A DNA stretch of 64,000 bases, taken from assembly GCA_030141605.1 (NCBI GenBank), contig JAQGDQ010000489.1, positions 1 through 64,000 of the forward strand. The letters are read 5' to 3'. Under the pieces are notes generated by a model that was not told where the DNA came from, made no database searches, and was given only the letters and a program-made list of their open reading frames with translations. The position numbers and the translations under genes were made by a program. Positions 1 to 16,135 of this stretch are shown one piece after another; the first letter of the stretch is position 1; each line of letters begins with the position of its first letter. Source of the DNA: Tubiluchus corallicola (Eukaryota > Animalia > Priapulida).

Positions 1-599
1 AGCAATGTAACTGAACGAAGTACAATTAAGTTACGCATTGCTCTACATATCATACAGGTAATGTAAACACGTATCTTGACACAAACGCAAAACTATCACA
101 CGGTACAATTAAACATTCGAACAGTACAATAATTTGTGTTCACACGCAAAGCAATAGACCCCATATCATGTATATATATGTACAACTTCAAATAAACACC
201 ACAAATACAAAAAATTACAAATATTACACAACCTAAGTATTACAAAGACATTCAAATACTATAGTACTACTTAACTGAATATACATAACTTTGCTGTTAA
301 CGGAGTAAATAAAGTTAGAGCTAACTTTAGAAATAAGATTAGTTAAATTTGGCGATTATAATTTCTTAGTTTCCATTTTGATTGAAGTATATGCGGAAAA
401 TGTGCTTGCATTGTAACAGATTTATCATTAAATAATGTAGTGCTTTATCAGGCATATGATAGCATGTATATGTAATTTTATTTATTTTTTATTTTATCAA
501 CGTTGAAGGTCTGCTCCTAACAGATGTTTCACAATTTTGGCTTTTCTCTTTCCCTTTGCCTTATTCTCTCCCTCTCTCATTCTTTTTTCTCTCTCCCAT

Positions 600-776
<177 letters not shown>

Positions 777-827
777 ATCGACCATCTATGTAAGAACATA
801 ATGATTTTCAGCACCTTCTAATTTTAG

Positions 828-1003
828 ATCGTGGATATTTTCTCACGTTGCCTGCACTGTTATTGGTTTTACTAACGAATTCTTCATGATTGCCAGTTCG
901 CTGTCTTTGTGCAACATCACAATCAATCGTTACCTGATGGTTTGCAAACCTATACAAGCCAAGACATTCTACACATACAAAAATTCATTTATTACTTGTG
1001 CAG
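828..1003 (+). CDS. Class A (rhodopsin-like) GPCR, internal exon ECL1-TM3-ICL2 (melatonin receptor/Tre1-like); 5' exons lie outside the window
   Basis: ttttag| at 826-827 and |gtaaaa at 1004. Translation SWIFSHVACTVIGFTNEFFMIASSLSLCNITINRYLMVCKPIQAKTFYTYKNSFITCA has the ECL1 W, the TM3 Cys and an NRY motif. The phase-1 end joins 4052 in frame. Not in the ORF track. Confidence 0.9.
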
Positions 1004-1102
1004 GTAAAATGTGTTGATAACGGCGTAAATAAACACTTTAGAGTTAATATAAACTCCTAAGCGAAGTAGACTTAATGTCATTCTACCAAATCATGCACTA
1101 TA

Positions 1103-1971
1103 AGCCTTTTCACAGTTTTGTTGCATGCACGCGCAGTTGCTGTAGGCCAAATGTTAAGTGTACCACAGCAACGCATCTTAACTACAATCGTCACATGATG
1201 TGTGTATAAAACAAAGCCGTCTGCCACATCAGTTCAGTGACTTCAGTTACTTTGTGTGTGTTTCACTTAACTGTGTATTAGTTTGTGCATGAAGTGATTT
1301 ACTAGTTTGTTTGGAACTAGAAAAATATGAACTAGGTTGTCGTGGCGCTAAAATTGTCGCTGGGGTGTTTTGGGGAGAGCTAGCAACCAACATTGGCAGG
1401 TTTATCAGACTGTTTTTGTCGTTGCAATGTTTGTGTTAAACAGATGAAATCACTGAATGAAAACATGGTTTAACTTTGCGATATGTAATGTATTCGAAAT
1501 CATAGTCTCATTGTCAATCCACATATACACGAGAATTGTAACCATAATCAACAGTAGTACAAATGTTAAAGTAAATACATCAGCCAATATATCATGGCAC
1601 CTGAGTCTCAATGTTCTAATCACCAAAACCACTGTTTAAGCCTATTGCTTGTCCACTCATCTTGCTACCAAGTCAAGAGTAGAAGTGATTCACAGAGAAG
1701 CCAAGTGACCCAGTTCTATACAAACATATAGCAGTAGCAAGTACATACATATATTGGAAACTTCCAAGTGTACAAACAGATGTCAGCACTGACTTAGTGG
1801 TAGTGAAAAACAAAAGTTTAAAACTACGAATCAAAATTATTAATAAACTGTAAATTAAATGCTCACATCTGCGACATAGTAAGGTTCTAGCTAGCTGTTA
1901 AATGCATTAAAACTGTTGTAATTAAAACAGCTTGGGCTGCGAGGCATTGTCTCTGGAACTGTGAAAAGGCC
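1103..1971. mobile_element. Non-autonomous TIR DNA transposon, superfamily uncertain
   Basis: TIRs AGCCTTTTCACAGTT / AACTGTGAAAAGGCC, flanked by TA; a shorter related copy at 55795-56184 in opposite orientation. Confidence 0.8.
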
Positions 1972-2101
1972 TATTGGCTCAAATGTGTGACCACATAGAT
2001 AATAATTTTTATCTGTTATCATAATTGGTTTTCCACCCATAATTGGGTAGTGCTGTTTTGGTTGCAAAAACCCAATTGTTATCTGGAAAGGTTTTGCTTA
2101 A

Positions 2102-2558
2102 CCCTTTCATACCCGTTGTATCCCGTGGGATACGAGAATATTTTCTGCCTTTAATTAATAAAATTTTAAAACTGACAGTTATTTGATCTGTTAATAGTTA
2201 TTTTGATTTAAGCCAATAACAATAGACTAAAAATAGTGATAAAATGGCAAACTAGAAAATCTACATAGCATAAAAAACTGTGCAAGGTACAGTACTTTAG
2301 AGACGACTTTGTACAGATCAGCATAGCATGCATACTAAATGTCTTAAATACTTTAAAAAATTATCAGTATTTGCAAAATGAAGCACATTTTATGCTTCCA
2401 TTTAATCTCAATGTATCCCGTGAGATACAGGCTATATTTAGCACCAGGGCACAGGTAGAAAAAATAATTATTATGTGTAAAGAAGATGGACATACTGAAC
2501 AAAAGTACCAAGCCAAAAAATTTTTTTCTTATTAAAAAATAATTTGGGACTGAAAGGG
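2102..2558. mobile_element. piggyBac-type MITE
   Basis: TTAA|CCCTTTCA...TGAAAGGG|TTAA; a highly similar inverted copy at 46655-47114. Confidence 0.9.
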
Positions 2559-3052
2559 TTAAAGATGCCAAAAGATGGTGGAAACGTTATATCATGGGTA
2601 TAGCGGTGTGTCTATACAGTGGATACAATGCTTTGATCAGGGCCAGCCACTTCCAATTTGTAGTTGACAAGGGAAAAAACGAAAAGGCAGGGGATAGTTA
2701 TATGATTTCACAGTGAACAACTTGAAAGATAAATAAATTATCTTGATTACATAGGCATAAGTAGTTTAGTCCCTTTATATGATGTATTGGTGGCAATACA
2801 TCGTTTTAAAGCAAGAGAAAACAAGCGACTAAATTTAGAGAGCTTAAGAAAGTAGTGTCTCTTGCTTAACAAATCAAAAGCATTATCTCATAATATCTCA
2901 TAACTGTCTAGCAAGAATTGCATGTTTTTATACATTTCCAAAGCACATTGCAGAAAACTGTTAAAGAATATTGCCCCAGAGAAAGTCGGCATACTCAAAT
3001 ATAGGTGGTACCGTAAGAAACAGAGAATTATTTTATGTAAATTAATTTTGCA

Positions 3053-3827
3053 TGTCATGTAATTAATAAGTTTAATATAAGTATGTGCTTTTATTATGTG
3101 TTAACATTAGGTGCACATGTATTAGTTAGTGATCGGTGACATCAGCTGCACCCATTTGTTAGAAACAGTAATAACAGCAGTGTCAGGGCAATTCCAGCAT
3201 ACAACAGCGAGCAGCTGCATTCATTTCATATCTCAGTGTGAAATGGCAGTCATGACTATTATATACTTTAAGAAGACAAGTTCCTACTTGTCTGTATAAC
3301 AGCTGCACGTAGCACCATGTTTCACAAAAATGCGGCCAGACGTTCAGTATGTAGTATCATGTTTCTCTAACACTAGCACCCACGGATGATTGACAGCTAG
3401 CCAACCGTGCCCAATTTGTGCCCATTTGACCAATCAGTATGCTTGTTATAAATTCAGCTGATAGTCCCGCCCACTTAGCCAATGAGCACTCAGCTGCATC
3501 GACCAATCCGTTTTAAGATGACCATTGACCAGCAAGTCAGCAGAGAAAACAGAACTGTTGTCATGTGCTAAAAATAGATTTTCTAAAAATAGAACTGACA
3601 TCATGAGCCAAAAATAGCATCATCAGTGGACCATATGTGAGCAGTGTCAGACGCTGCAGGAAACGGTTAAGATTACCGTTTTGCAACTTGTGCTATAATA
3701 TTATGTACTTGTTGTCGCTCTTTACTCCCTAGTGTTATATTATGATTGATGTTAGCATACTACAATAAAGCTATATGGTCACACCATTTACATTCGGAGT
3801 TCAATGTTTTTACGTAAACACTTGACA
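3053..3827 (+). mobile_element. Possible solo LTR
   Basis: TGTCA...TGACA termini, CCAAT and GC boxes, AATAAA about 60 nt from the end; no TSD found. Confidence 0.35.
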
Positions 3828-4051
3828 CCATTTCCTGCAGAAGACTTCAAACATTATTTACTCATAGATTTGTAAAAGTACAAATCCAAGAACTAATATT
3901 TGATGAGAGGTTTGCCTATATGCGAAAATAAATAGACAAAATAAAAAAGTGAATGTAATGTGAATAAAGGCACAATTTGTGTGTAAAAAATAAAGCTGTG
4001 AAGTACAGCAATTTGTAAATTTTTATTAAGGGTACATGTATATTTTTTCAG

Positions 4052-4728
4052 TTGCCTGGTTGATGGCATTAATTCTATCTGTTGCTCCCCTTTTCTTTGA
4101 TGGTTATGACTACCGTCCTGTTCAGAGCATTTGCTTCATTGTACCATGGAAAAATCCAGCATACATGGCAAGTCTCTGTGGCATTGTCTTTCTGGCATGT
4201 GTTGGTAGCATGTCTTACTGTTACTGGAACATCCTTACAGAAGTACGCAACAGCAGGAAGCGAACTGCTGCAGTACCATCAGCATCAAAATCTGATACTT
4301 CACAAAAAGTGGTGACACAATCAAGGACATCGACGCATGCATCATTTGAGTTTGGTGTGCCATCACGTTCTCAAAATTCTGCAGAAACCGAAGAAATGGT
4401 TGGCAAAACATCGTTTCGAATGGTTCACGTTTCAGTCATTGATTCACAGTCCACTAAGAAACAACACAAGTTGTCTGACAACCGTAAAAAAGACGAGTTG
4501 CGATTGACCGTTTCCTTTCTTATCGTATTCATAGTTTTCAATGTGTGCTGGGCTCCCTACGTAATGTTCAGTATGATATGGGCATTTACCGATTTACAAA
4601 TCCCAACTCAGTGGGAAAACGCCGCCATATTGTTAGGGTACTCTAACAGCTGCTGGAATCCAGTAATTTATGGCGTCATGAACAGGAACTTCCGGATGGG
4701 ATACAAACGTCTACTGTGCGGAAAATAG
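4052..4728 (+). CDS. Class A GPCR, terminal exon TM4-TM7 and helix 8 (melatonin receptor-like)
   Basis: ttttttcag| acceptor at 4050-4051. VAWLMALILS (TM4), YDYRPVQSICF (ECL2), CWAPY (TM6), NSCWNPVIYGVMNRNFR (TM7/helix 8), TAG stop at 4726-4728. Confidence 0.93.
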
Positions 4729-4867
4729 TCTACTGTATTAGACAAATACAAAAACAATTATTTACCGTCGATCGTTAGACACACACATTACAACAAATTA
4801 CAACTATTTACAACAAAAGAGATAAGGATGTAACACACAAATAATGAACAACATCTACGGCATATAC

Positions 4868-4942
4868 CCTGGCATTGGCAGTCGGTAGACTCGAACTCAG
4901 GACTGCGTGGTTGCAGTGCGAAATCTTGACTTTGGCCACCCA
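4868..4942 (-). mobile_element. Degenerate tRNA-derived SINE head
   Basis: Minus strand reads GGTGGCCAAAG...GAGTTCGAGTC (A-box- and B-box-like). Confidence 0.4.
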
Positions 4943-5560
4943 ACTTAGGAGAATTTTAAGTTTATTTAATAGTCCCTCTGCAAACGGTATCTCCAGTTTC
5001 ATCGAGTACTGAATGAATAATACGTTTCTGTAGTTGACTGGTGTGCTGACGCAATCAGAATGATCACGTGACCGGTGATTGTTCAGCGCGCACGAGTCAG
5101 CAGAAGACGAGTGTACAAGAACGGACATGTTTGTTTAGATTACTAGTGTTATAAAAGGTTTCGTTAGCGTCTTTGTTTGTGAAATTGTCATAGAAGTTTT
5201 TGTTTCACACCGCAAGTTGTGTAATACAGAAGATATCAATATACAAATTTTTGTGGCAAGTTTGACTGTTTTACGATTTTCGATGTACAAGTAAATTATA
5301 GATAATTAGTGCTGAAACTTGGGTGAAGTGACAGGGCATCGCCACAACTGGTTGATTTGATTATTGATTATTTGATATCACCAATAAAATACATGTCAGT
5401 GAATGGTGTCGTAATTTGTGTCTATGTTTGCAAGGTGTTACTGATCTGCAGGGTAAGCGGAAAGCCCGTGGGTGGTTCAAATTAACTCTGGCTGCGTTCC
5501 AACTTTTCCACATTTTCTGCTTTTCATGTTTCGTTTCAAAACTCGATTAGTAGAACTCCG

Positions 5561-6220
5561 CAGATGCGTCGCAATGTTTAGGCGGGGTGAGAAGGGGAAA
5601 TCACCCCCGGGAGCAAGAGTGAGACGGTGCAAAATTGTTCTAAAGTTCAATGACTGTTAGTTATTAATTAATAATCTGAAATTAACAAAGCAAATAACAA
5701 AAGTTTTCAAGCTACAGCATTATTGCCTAGTCAGAGATCATTGTTACTGACTTAATTACTAGAGAAGTACTAATTACTACATGGAGGCTAGAGAACAAGC
5801 TAATGTTGTTATTTAATGGCATGTGTACCGTGTCTTGTGGCTTAGCAAATCGATAATTTTGGGAGAAATCATTGGCGTTTTTAAATGCCCATGGTAAAGT
5901 TGTGAAAACCTGCAGTGTTCTGTATCTCACATAATCTTTGTATGTTTTAATACTGGAGCTGAATGTTTAAAGACTGTTATGTTATGTGCAGATAACACAT
6001 AGGAAAGAATTATTTTGGTGTAATAACGCAATTCTTAGAAAAAACTTGTTTATCTTTATCTTATCATGTCGAAAAAGGAAAATCGGGCTCAGGCCCGGAG
6101 GACTCAAAAACACACACAATTTGTGGCTTCACCAATGAAATAAATAACCAGAACATTAAAGGGGTAGAGCGTTAGAAGTTTTTTACCCCCGAGCTGCCAC
6201 AAACACTTGGGACGCCGCTG
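5561..6220. mobile_element. Old hAT-like MITE
   Basis: Imperfect TIRs CAGATGCGTCGCAATGTTT / AAACACTTGGGACGCCGCTG; 8-bp flanks match at 5 of 8 positions. Confidence 0.5.
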
Positions 6221-7230
6221 GATTTCTGTCATTTATATATGAACGTGGACACAAAAAATTTCTCGACTAGAAATGTTAAAAAAGCTGTTATTGTATTATT
6301 TATTATTAAAGTACCACTGAAGGCATATTTAATGCTATGGTCAAATCACTGTTTTGTCTTCAATCACCTAAATTAGATATGTACGACAGATGAAAAAATT
6401 TTAGTAGAGAAGTAAAGCGTACGAGAATGTTAGCACTTTTCTATTTAAAATTTCTATTTTCTGATTAGTTCTGCTCTTTTTTTTCGAAATCTCGCTGCCA
6501 AGGATGCCTTGTGTCGGTTGTTTCAACTAATAAAGTAACAAACGTCCGATAACTGCAGATATTTAAAAATTGCAATTATTAGGATGCCGGTAACTCCAGC
6601 TAATTGGCCATTCACTGGAAAGTAAAGAAATTTTCTACCATAAACAGGAAAAAGATGTCACTTTTTCAGTTATTGATTATCATTGCTTCATGTCACAGCT
6701 CAAAACTTTGATTTCCGTAATGAAAGTTTCAAATTGGGACTTTTGCAATTGTCGCACGTCTTTCAATGATGTAAAAACGTTATCAATAGTTTATCTGTCA
6801 TCAGACTTTGAGACAGTTTTAGCATTATTAACATTGTCTATATCCGACTGTTTACTTATTGACAGTTTTACAAAATCCTAAGCATATAATTAAAAAGTCG
6901 ACAAAATCATTGCGACATCTTTTGATTTTATGTGTTTGCTCGAGTGGAACTACAAGCAATGATTACTTTATTGACAAAATCTATACGGAAGTTGAACATC
7001 CATACTACTGATGTTAGAGAATCTTTCAAACCCAGTGTCAGAGAGCCTTCCTATTCCTGTAAGGATACTACTAAAGGCTTGCCGGAGACCACAGAACACA
7101 AAGAACAGACCACTAATTATTAATAAACACACCAAGAACAGATTACTAATAAGTTATTATTAGAGTCTACCCTGGTATACTATAAATTGTACTATAAATT
7201 ATAAATTAAACAAAAAACGACTATCACAGT

Positions 7231-10939
<3,709 letters not shown>

Positions 10940-10945
10940 AAAGCT

Positions 10946-11888
10946 CTACAATAACGAAACTAGTCTGTAACAACGTTACAACAATTAAACTAGTCTGTAA
11001 CAACGTCTACAGTAATTAAACTAGTCTGTAACAAAGTCTTCAACAATAAACTAATCTGTAACGACATCTATACGAAAGAAACTAGTCTGTAACAACGTCT
11101 GCAACAATAAACTAGTCTGTAACAACGTCTACAACAACAAAACTAGTCCGTAACAACGTCTACAACAATTAAACTAGTCTGTAACAACGTCTACAACAAT
11201 TAAACCAGTGTGTAACAACATCTACAACAATTAAACTAGTCTGTAGCAACGTCTACAACAATTAAACCAGTCTGTAACAACGTCTACACAATAAACTAGT
11301 CTGTAACAACGTCTACAACAATAAACTACTCTGTAACAACGTCTACAACAACAAAACTAGTCCGTAACAACGTCTATAATAGCGAAACTAGTCTGTAACA
11401 ACGTCTATAAGAACGAAACTAGTCCGTAACAACGTCTATAAGAACGAAACTAGTCTGTAACAACGTCTATAAGAACGAAACTAGTCCGTAACAACGTCTA
11501 TAAGAACGAAAATAGTCTGTAACAACGTCTACAACAATAAACTAGTCTGTAACAACGTCTACAACAATAAACCAGTCTGTAACAACGTCTACAACAATAA
11601 ACTAGTCTGTAACAACGTCAAAAACAACAAAACTAGTCCGTGACAACGTCTACAACAATAAACTAGTATGTAACAACGTCTACAACAATAAACTAGTCTG
11701 TAACAACGTCTACAACATTAAACTAGTCTGTAACAACGTCAACAACAACAAAACTAGTCCGTAACAACGTCTACAACAACAAAACTAGTCTGTAACAACG
11801 TCTACAACAACAAAACTAGTCTGTAACAACGTCTACAACAATAAACTAGTCTGTAACAACGTCTATAAGAACGAAATTAGTCCGTAAC
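10946..11888. repeat. 30-31-bp minisatellite, about 30 copies
   Basis: Unit AAACTAGTCTGTAACAACGTCTACAACAAT. Confidence 0.97.
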
Positions 11889-12288
11889 TCAAACTTGTGA
11901 CAATTGTGAGTAAATTCGTAAAAACGTGTTAAAAGTGATAACGTGGAAAGCCGGAAGGCATCGTGCTCGAAAACATTTACAGTAATTGTTTTTTATGGTA
12001 AAATTAAATTTTTTCTGTTGTACGATAATCGTACATTACTAATTTCACATGGCTCATTATTAAAATATACACTACTGTAAACATACGAAATAGCGACATG
12101 TTCATTTGTTTCTTTGCTGATCTGCTTGCTTGTTTGTTTGTTCGTCTGTCTGGCTGTATGCGCACATGAACAAACATAATCATAAAATGCCGGTTCGGGC
12201 ATTTTCCTGGACCCAACTCCCAATTTTTTCGAAATTTTGGCCAAACGGCCTGTAGAAAAAACATTCTAGCGGCGTTCAGTGTGACTCT

Positions 12289-12522
12289 CGGAAGGAGATA
12301 TACTGCTCTTTAGAAAGAGGAAGAACAGGGCTACACGATGATGGGGGCCATATTTTAGGACACGTTCACCAAGAGGAGTGGCGACGGGTTAATTAGATGT
12401 TCCATTTTTGGCAATTTTCGCTTGAAAAACTGCTGACGCAAAGCCATTGTTGTGACGTCATCCATTATATTCTGTTTATAACCTCAAACTTCAATTCAGT
12501 AAAAGCTTCTGGCTTTGTGTTA
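12289..12522. repeat. Dispersed repeat of about 235 bp, family unknown
   Basis: Matches the reverse complement of 38116-38350; contains TGACGTCA. Confidence 0.8.
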
Positions 12523-14621
12523 GGTAAGTAAACAAGCACTAGGTAGGATGTTCACGTATTGTTGATTATAAGTGGATTTAAACGCAAAATATTTTGCGGG
12601 ACCTTTGCTAGTTATTAGATGAATATGTATAAATATCTCCTTCTACTACATATATCAGTATAAGATTTCTCTTTTTCAAATCTGTATTCACGTTTTAGTT
12701 TTCTAACCTTAATCCCTCCCTATCTAGAAATGACCACTGGTCCTCTTTGGATTAATTTGTATAAAAACAAGCGTGGAACGTTTCACTGTACATCTGTGGA
12801 ATACATACGGTATTTTTACGATACGGAATACATGCGGTGACATTTTTTACGATACGGAATTGGGTATACCATTCAGAATTTGTTTCTACGTAATATTATA
12901 CCTTTCTATATTATGCCCTTCGAGGACACGGACACTGATATTACGATGTGCCTAGAAGATTATTTTGCTAAAACAACAGAAGGTAACAGGTAAGGTATAG
13001 GGTCTGAAAGTATTCCATTAATTAGGCCTATAGACACAAGATAATGCCGTTCTACATAATCTAATGTGGTGCTTCGTCGCACAAAAGAATGATATTTTGT
13101 TCGAGTAATTAGAGGTTTTAGAAAAATTTTATTCAGAAATGACGTCATTACGGTCAATCAGACTTCACACAGTACGTTTCGCTACAGTACCTGACACTAC
13201 GAACGCATTTGTGACGAATTTAAACGATTTAAAAATTTTAAACGCCACCAGACGAGACAAATACAAACTAAAGTCCACGTGTTGGTGCTGCCTTGCTCAA
13301 AATTGTGCAGAAACTGTTGACTGTAAAAAATGTACAATTAGCTTGTTATTGTACAGCGCGCACTAGAGTGTAAATTGTTGATGTTTACGATCATTGTGGC
13401 TGTAGGATGACGTCAGTTCCGCTCCCACAATCCCGAAAAGTGTTGTGACGGAAACTGTCTACGGATACGTGTCTCTTTTACACGTACCAATACGTCTGCA
13501 TTAGCGTGCCGTTTCCCATGCTTAAATTAACATTAAATTCGCAGTCGGAACCCAGAAAGCGCAGTAGGAGTAAGATTGTTTACTTACTTATGTTTGCAAC
13601 AACTTCTCCGATTCCCAGGGAGGAAGAAAGCAGTATTACTGCGGCAGACTTCTGCCCTTCAAAAAGCGTTTAAGATTTGCGTTTTTACGACTATGGCGGC
13701 AAACACTAGTAGAAATTGCAACTTCTATCCTCCACCTCAATAACAGAGAACAAATTTATTGTTTAGAAAGTTTCTGTACATAACTTAGCGTTCGAGTGCG
13801 TTACTAGCGACAATTATTGTTGTCACAATCTTGATAAATATACATTATGTTTTACCCTAGTGACAGAAACCTTAGTGACAGTTAGCGTAGCGACGATAAA
13901 ACGCGAGTTGAAGGTACAGATATAAGCTACATTCATTACATCATTCCATTTTAAGCACTAATGTTTTTTTAATCACGATTCACTTTAAATTTTCAGATTA
14001 TCTCCATTATTTTTTTTCTATCACTGTATGGGACAATCTAACAAGCCCTGCTTCTTGATTGCCCACAACACATTTACCTTCGTGTATAAGTGAACAGTGT
14101 TTGAGGCTTTTCCTGTGCAGTATTTCTTATTTGTATGACGTTCATTGTAGGCCCTTTCACTAGATATTGTATATGTAACTATTGTAAATGTGTAATGTGA
14201 AATAAATGACTTATGACAGATAGTCAACGTATACATTAGAACGAAAGCAATTCCTTGAAGTCAAGCTCCAAAGAAAATGCCCAATATGAGCTACTGACGT
14301 ATTCTGCGTGATTACAGTCGCTTTATGTTTTCCTTCCCCATTTTTAATTTGCTCTTTTTTCACCTTCTTTCCATTTTGCTTTTCTGTTCAGGGTTTGACA
14401 TGTTTGTCTTGACTTGAGCAGATGTCTAACTGTGTAGCAATAAGCAAGACACTACGGGGCATTTTTTCATGTAAGACGTCACAAAATCAAAGCTAATTAT
14501 ACAGCTGGAGTTCAGTTCGTGACAAATGAATGTAGTACTGAAAGGCTGTTGAAGCATCAAAGTTTGTGCAAGACTATCTGTGCTAGAGAAAAATTATTAC
14601 CGGAGGGGTGCGTACCTACGT

Positions 14622-15630
14622 GACATTTGGGCACGGTTACTTGGACGCAAGACATTTGGGCAGGGACATTTGGACACGGAGACATATGAACACGAGACAT
14701 TTGGGCAGGGGCATTTGGGCACGGACACGAGACATTTGGGCACGGAGACATTTGGACAAGAGACATTTGGGCAGGGAGATTTGGGCACGGAGACATTTGG
14801 ACAAGAGACATTTGGGCAGGGACATTTGGGCACGGAGACATTTGGACAAGAGACATTTGGGCAGGGACATTTGGGCACGGAGACATTTGAACACGAGACA
14901 TTTGGGCAGGGACATTTGGGCGCGGAGACATTTGAACACGAGACATTTGGGCAGGGACATTTGGGCGCGGAGACATTTGAACACGAGACATTTGGGCAGG
15001 GACATTTGGGCGCGGAGACATTTGAACACGAGACATTTGGGCAGGGACATTTGGGCATGGACACATTTGAACACGAGACATTTGGGCAGGGACATTTGGG
15101 CGCGGAGACATTTGAACACGAGACATTTGGGTAGGGGCATTTGGGCACGGACACATTTGAACACGAGACATTTGGGCAGGGACATTTGGGCGCGGAGACA
15201 TTTGAACACGAGACATTTGGGCAGGGACATTTGGGCACGGAGACATTTGGACAAGAGACATTTGAACACGAGACATTTGGGCAGGGACATTTGGGCGCGG
15301 AGACATTTGAACACGAGACATTTGGGCAGGGACATTTGGGCACGGACACATTTGAACACGAGACATTTGGGCAGGGACATTTGGGCACGGACACATTTGA
15401 ACACGAGACATTTGGGCAGGGAGATTTGGGCACGGAGACATTTGGACAAGAGACATTTGGGCAGGGACATTTGGGCACGGAGACATTTGGACAAGAGACA
15501 TTTGGGCACGGAGACATTTGGACAAGAGACATTTGGGCAGGGACATTTGGGCGCGGAGACATTTGAACACGAGACATTTGGGCAGGGACATTTGGGCGCG
15601 GAGACATTTGAACACGAGACATTTGGGCAC
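14622..15630. repeat. Compound minisatellite: 45-bp unit made of three GACATTTG subunits (14+16+15 bp)
   Basis: GACATTTGGGCAGG / GACATTTGGGCACGGA / GACATTTGAACACGA, about 22 units. Confidence 0.97.
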
Positions 15631-16011
15631 CAGTAAAATTTAATGTTGTACCTATTTTTTTCATTTTTGTTTATTAAATTTTTTAGTGATTCACCATCTT
15701 AGTAACTCTTACTATATCAAATTTGTATGAATAAAGATGTCATGCGTAATATTTTTAAGATTAGTTAACATATATAGTAACATGTGTTATAACTATTAAA
15801 ACCAGTCAACTGACGTTACACTTTCTGGTTTTCTGCTTTTGTTGTTTATATAACAGTGAGCGAAGCAGGAAGAGTTTTGTAAGTTTAGATACAACAACAA
15901 TTTAGCTCAAAAATATTTAATGCGCCACAAAAACAGTAAAAATAACACACAACTAGCAAGAGGTTTGCAGCATCTCCGTTAATTTTTAATATACTAATCT
16001 ATTTATGAGAA

Positions 16012-16070
16012 AGGGCAGGAGACTAGATGACCCTATGGTCCTTCCCTGCCCTGCTCCATGATTATAATTA
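16012..16070 (+). mobile_element. CR1-type LINE 3' terminal fragment
   Basis: GACTAGATGACCCTATGGTCCTTCCCTGCCCTGCTCCATGATT resembles the CR1 3' stem-loop tail (from recall); AGGGCAGG/CCTGCCCT stem. Confidence 0.55.
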
Positions 16071-16135
16071 CTTAATATTTTATAATTTTTGATGGTAAAA
16101 GATGTTTTTTATGTTTTATATTTTTGATGTTTAAG

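Noticed and set aside
4052-4728. Opsin
   Set aside because: The position equivalent to the retinal-binding Lys296 (six residues before the NPxxY Asn) is Tyr.
5029-5450. Second candidate solo LTR (TGTAG...CTGCA with AATAAA)
   Set aside because: No target-site duplication and no second copy in the window. The AATAAA at 5383 may simply be the GPCR poly(A) signal.
12291-12303. T7 gene 10 ribosome-binding site GAAGGAGATATAC, suggesting vector contamination
   Set aside because: A short chance match within a dispersed genomic repeat that has a diverged second copy near 38340. No other vector sequence is present.
14557-15664. Long ORFs, including a Cys-rich metallothionein- or keratin-like CPCPNVSC repeat protein
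   Set aside because: ORFs on both strands coincide with a stop-free 45-bp tandem unit. There is no unique flanking coding sequence or splice support.
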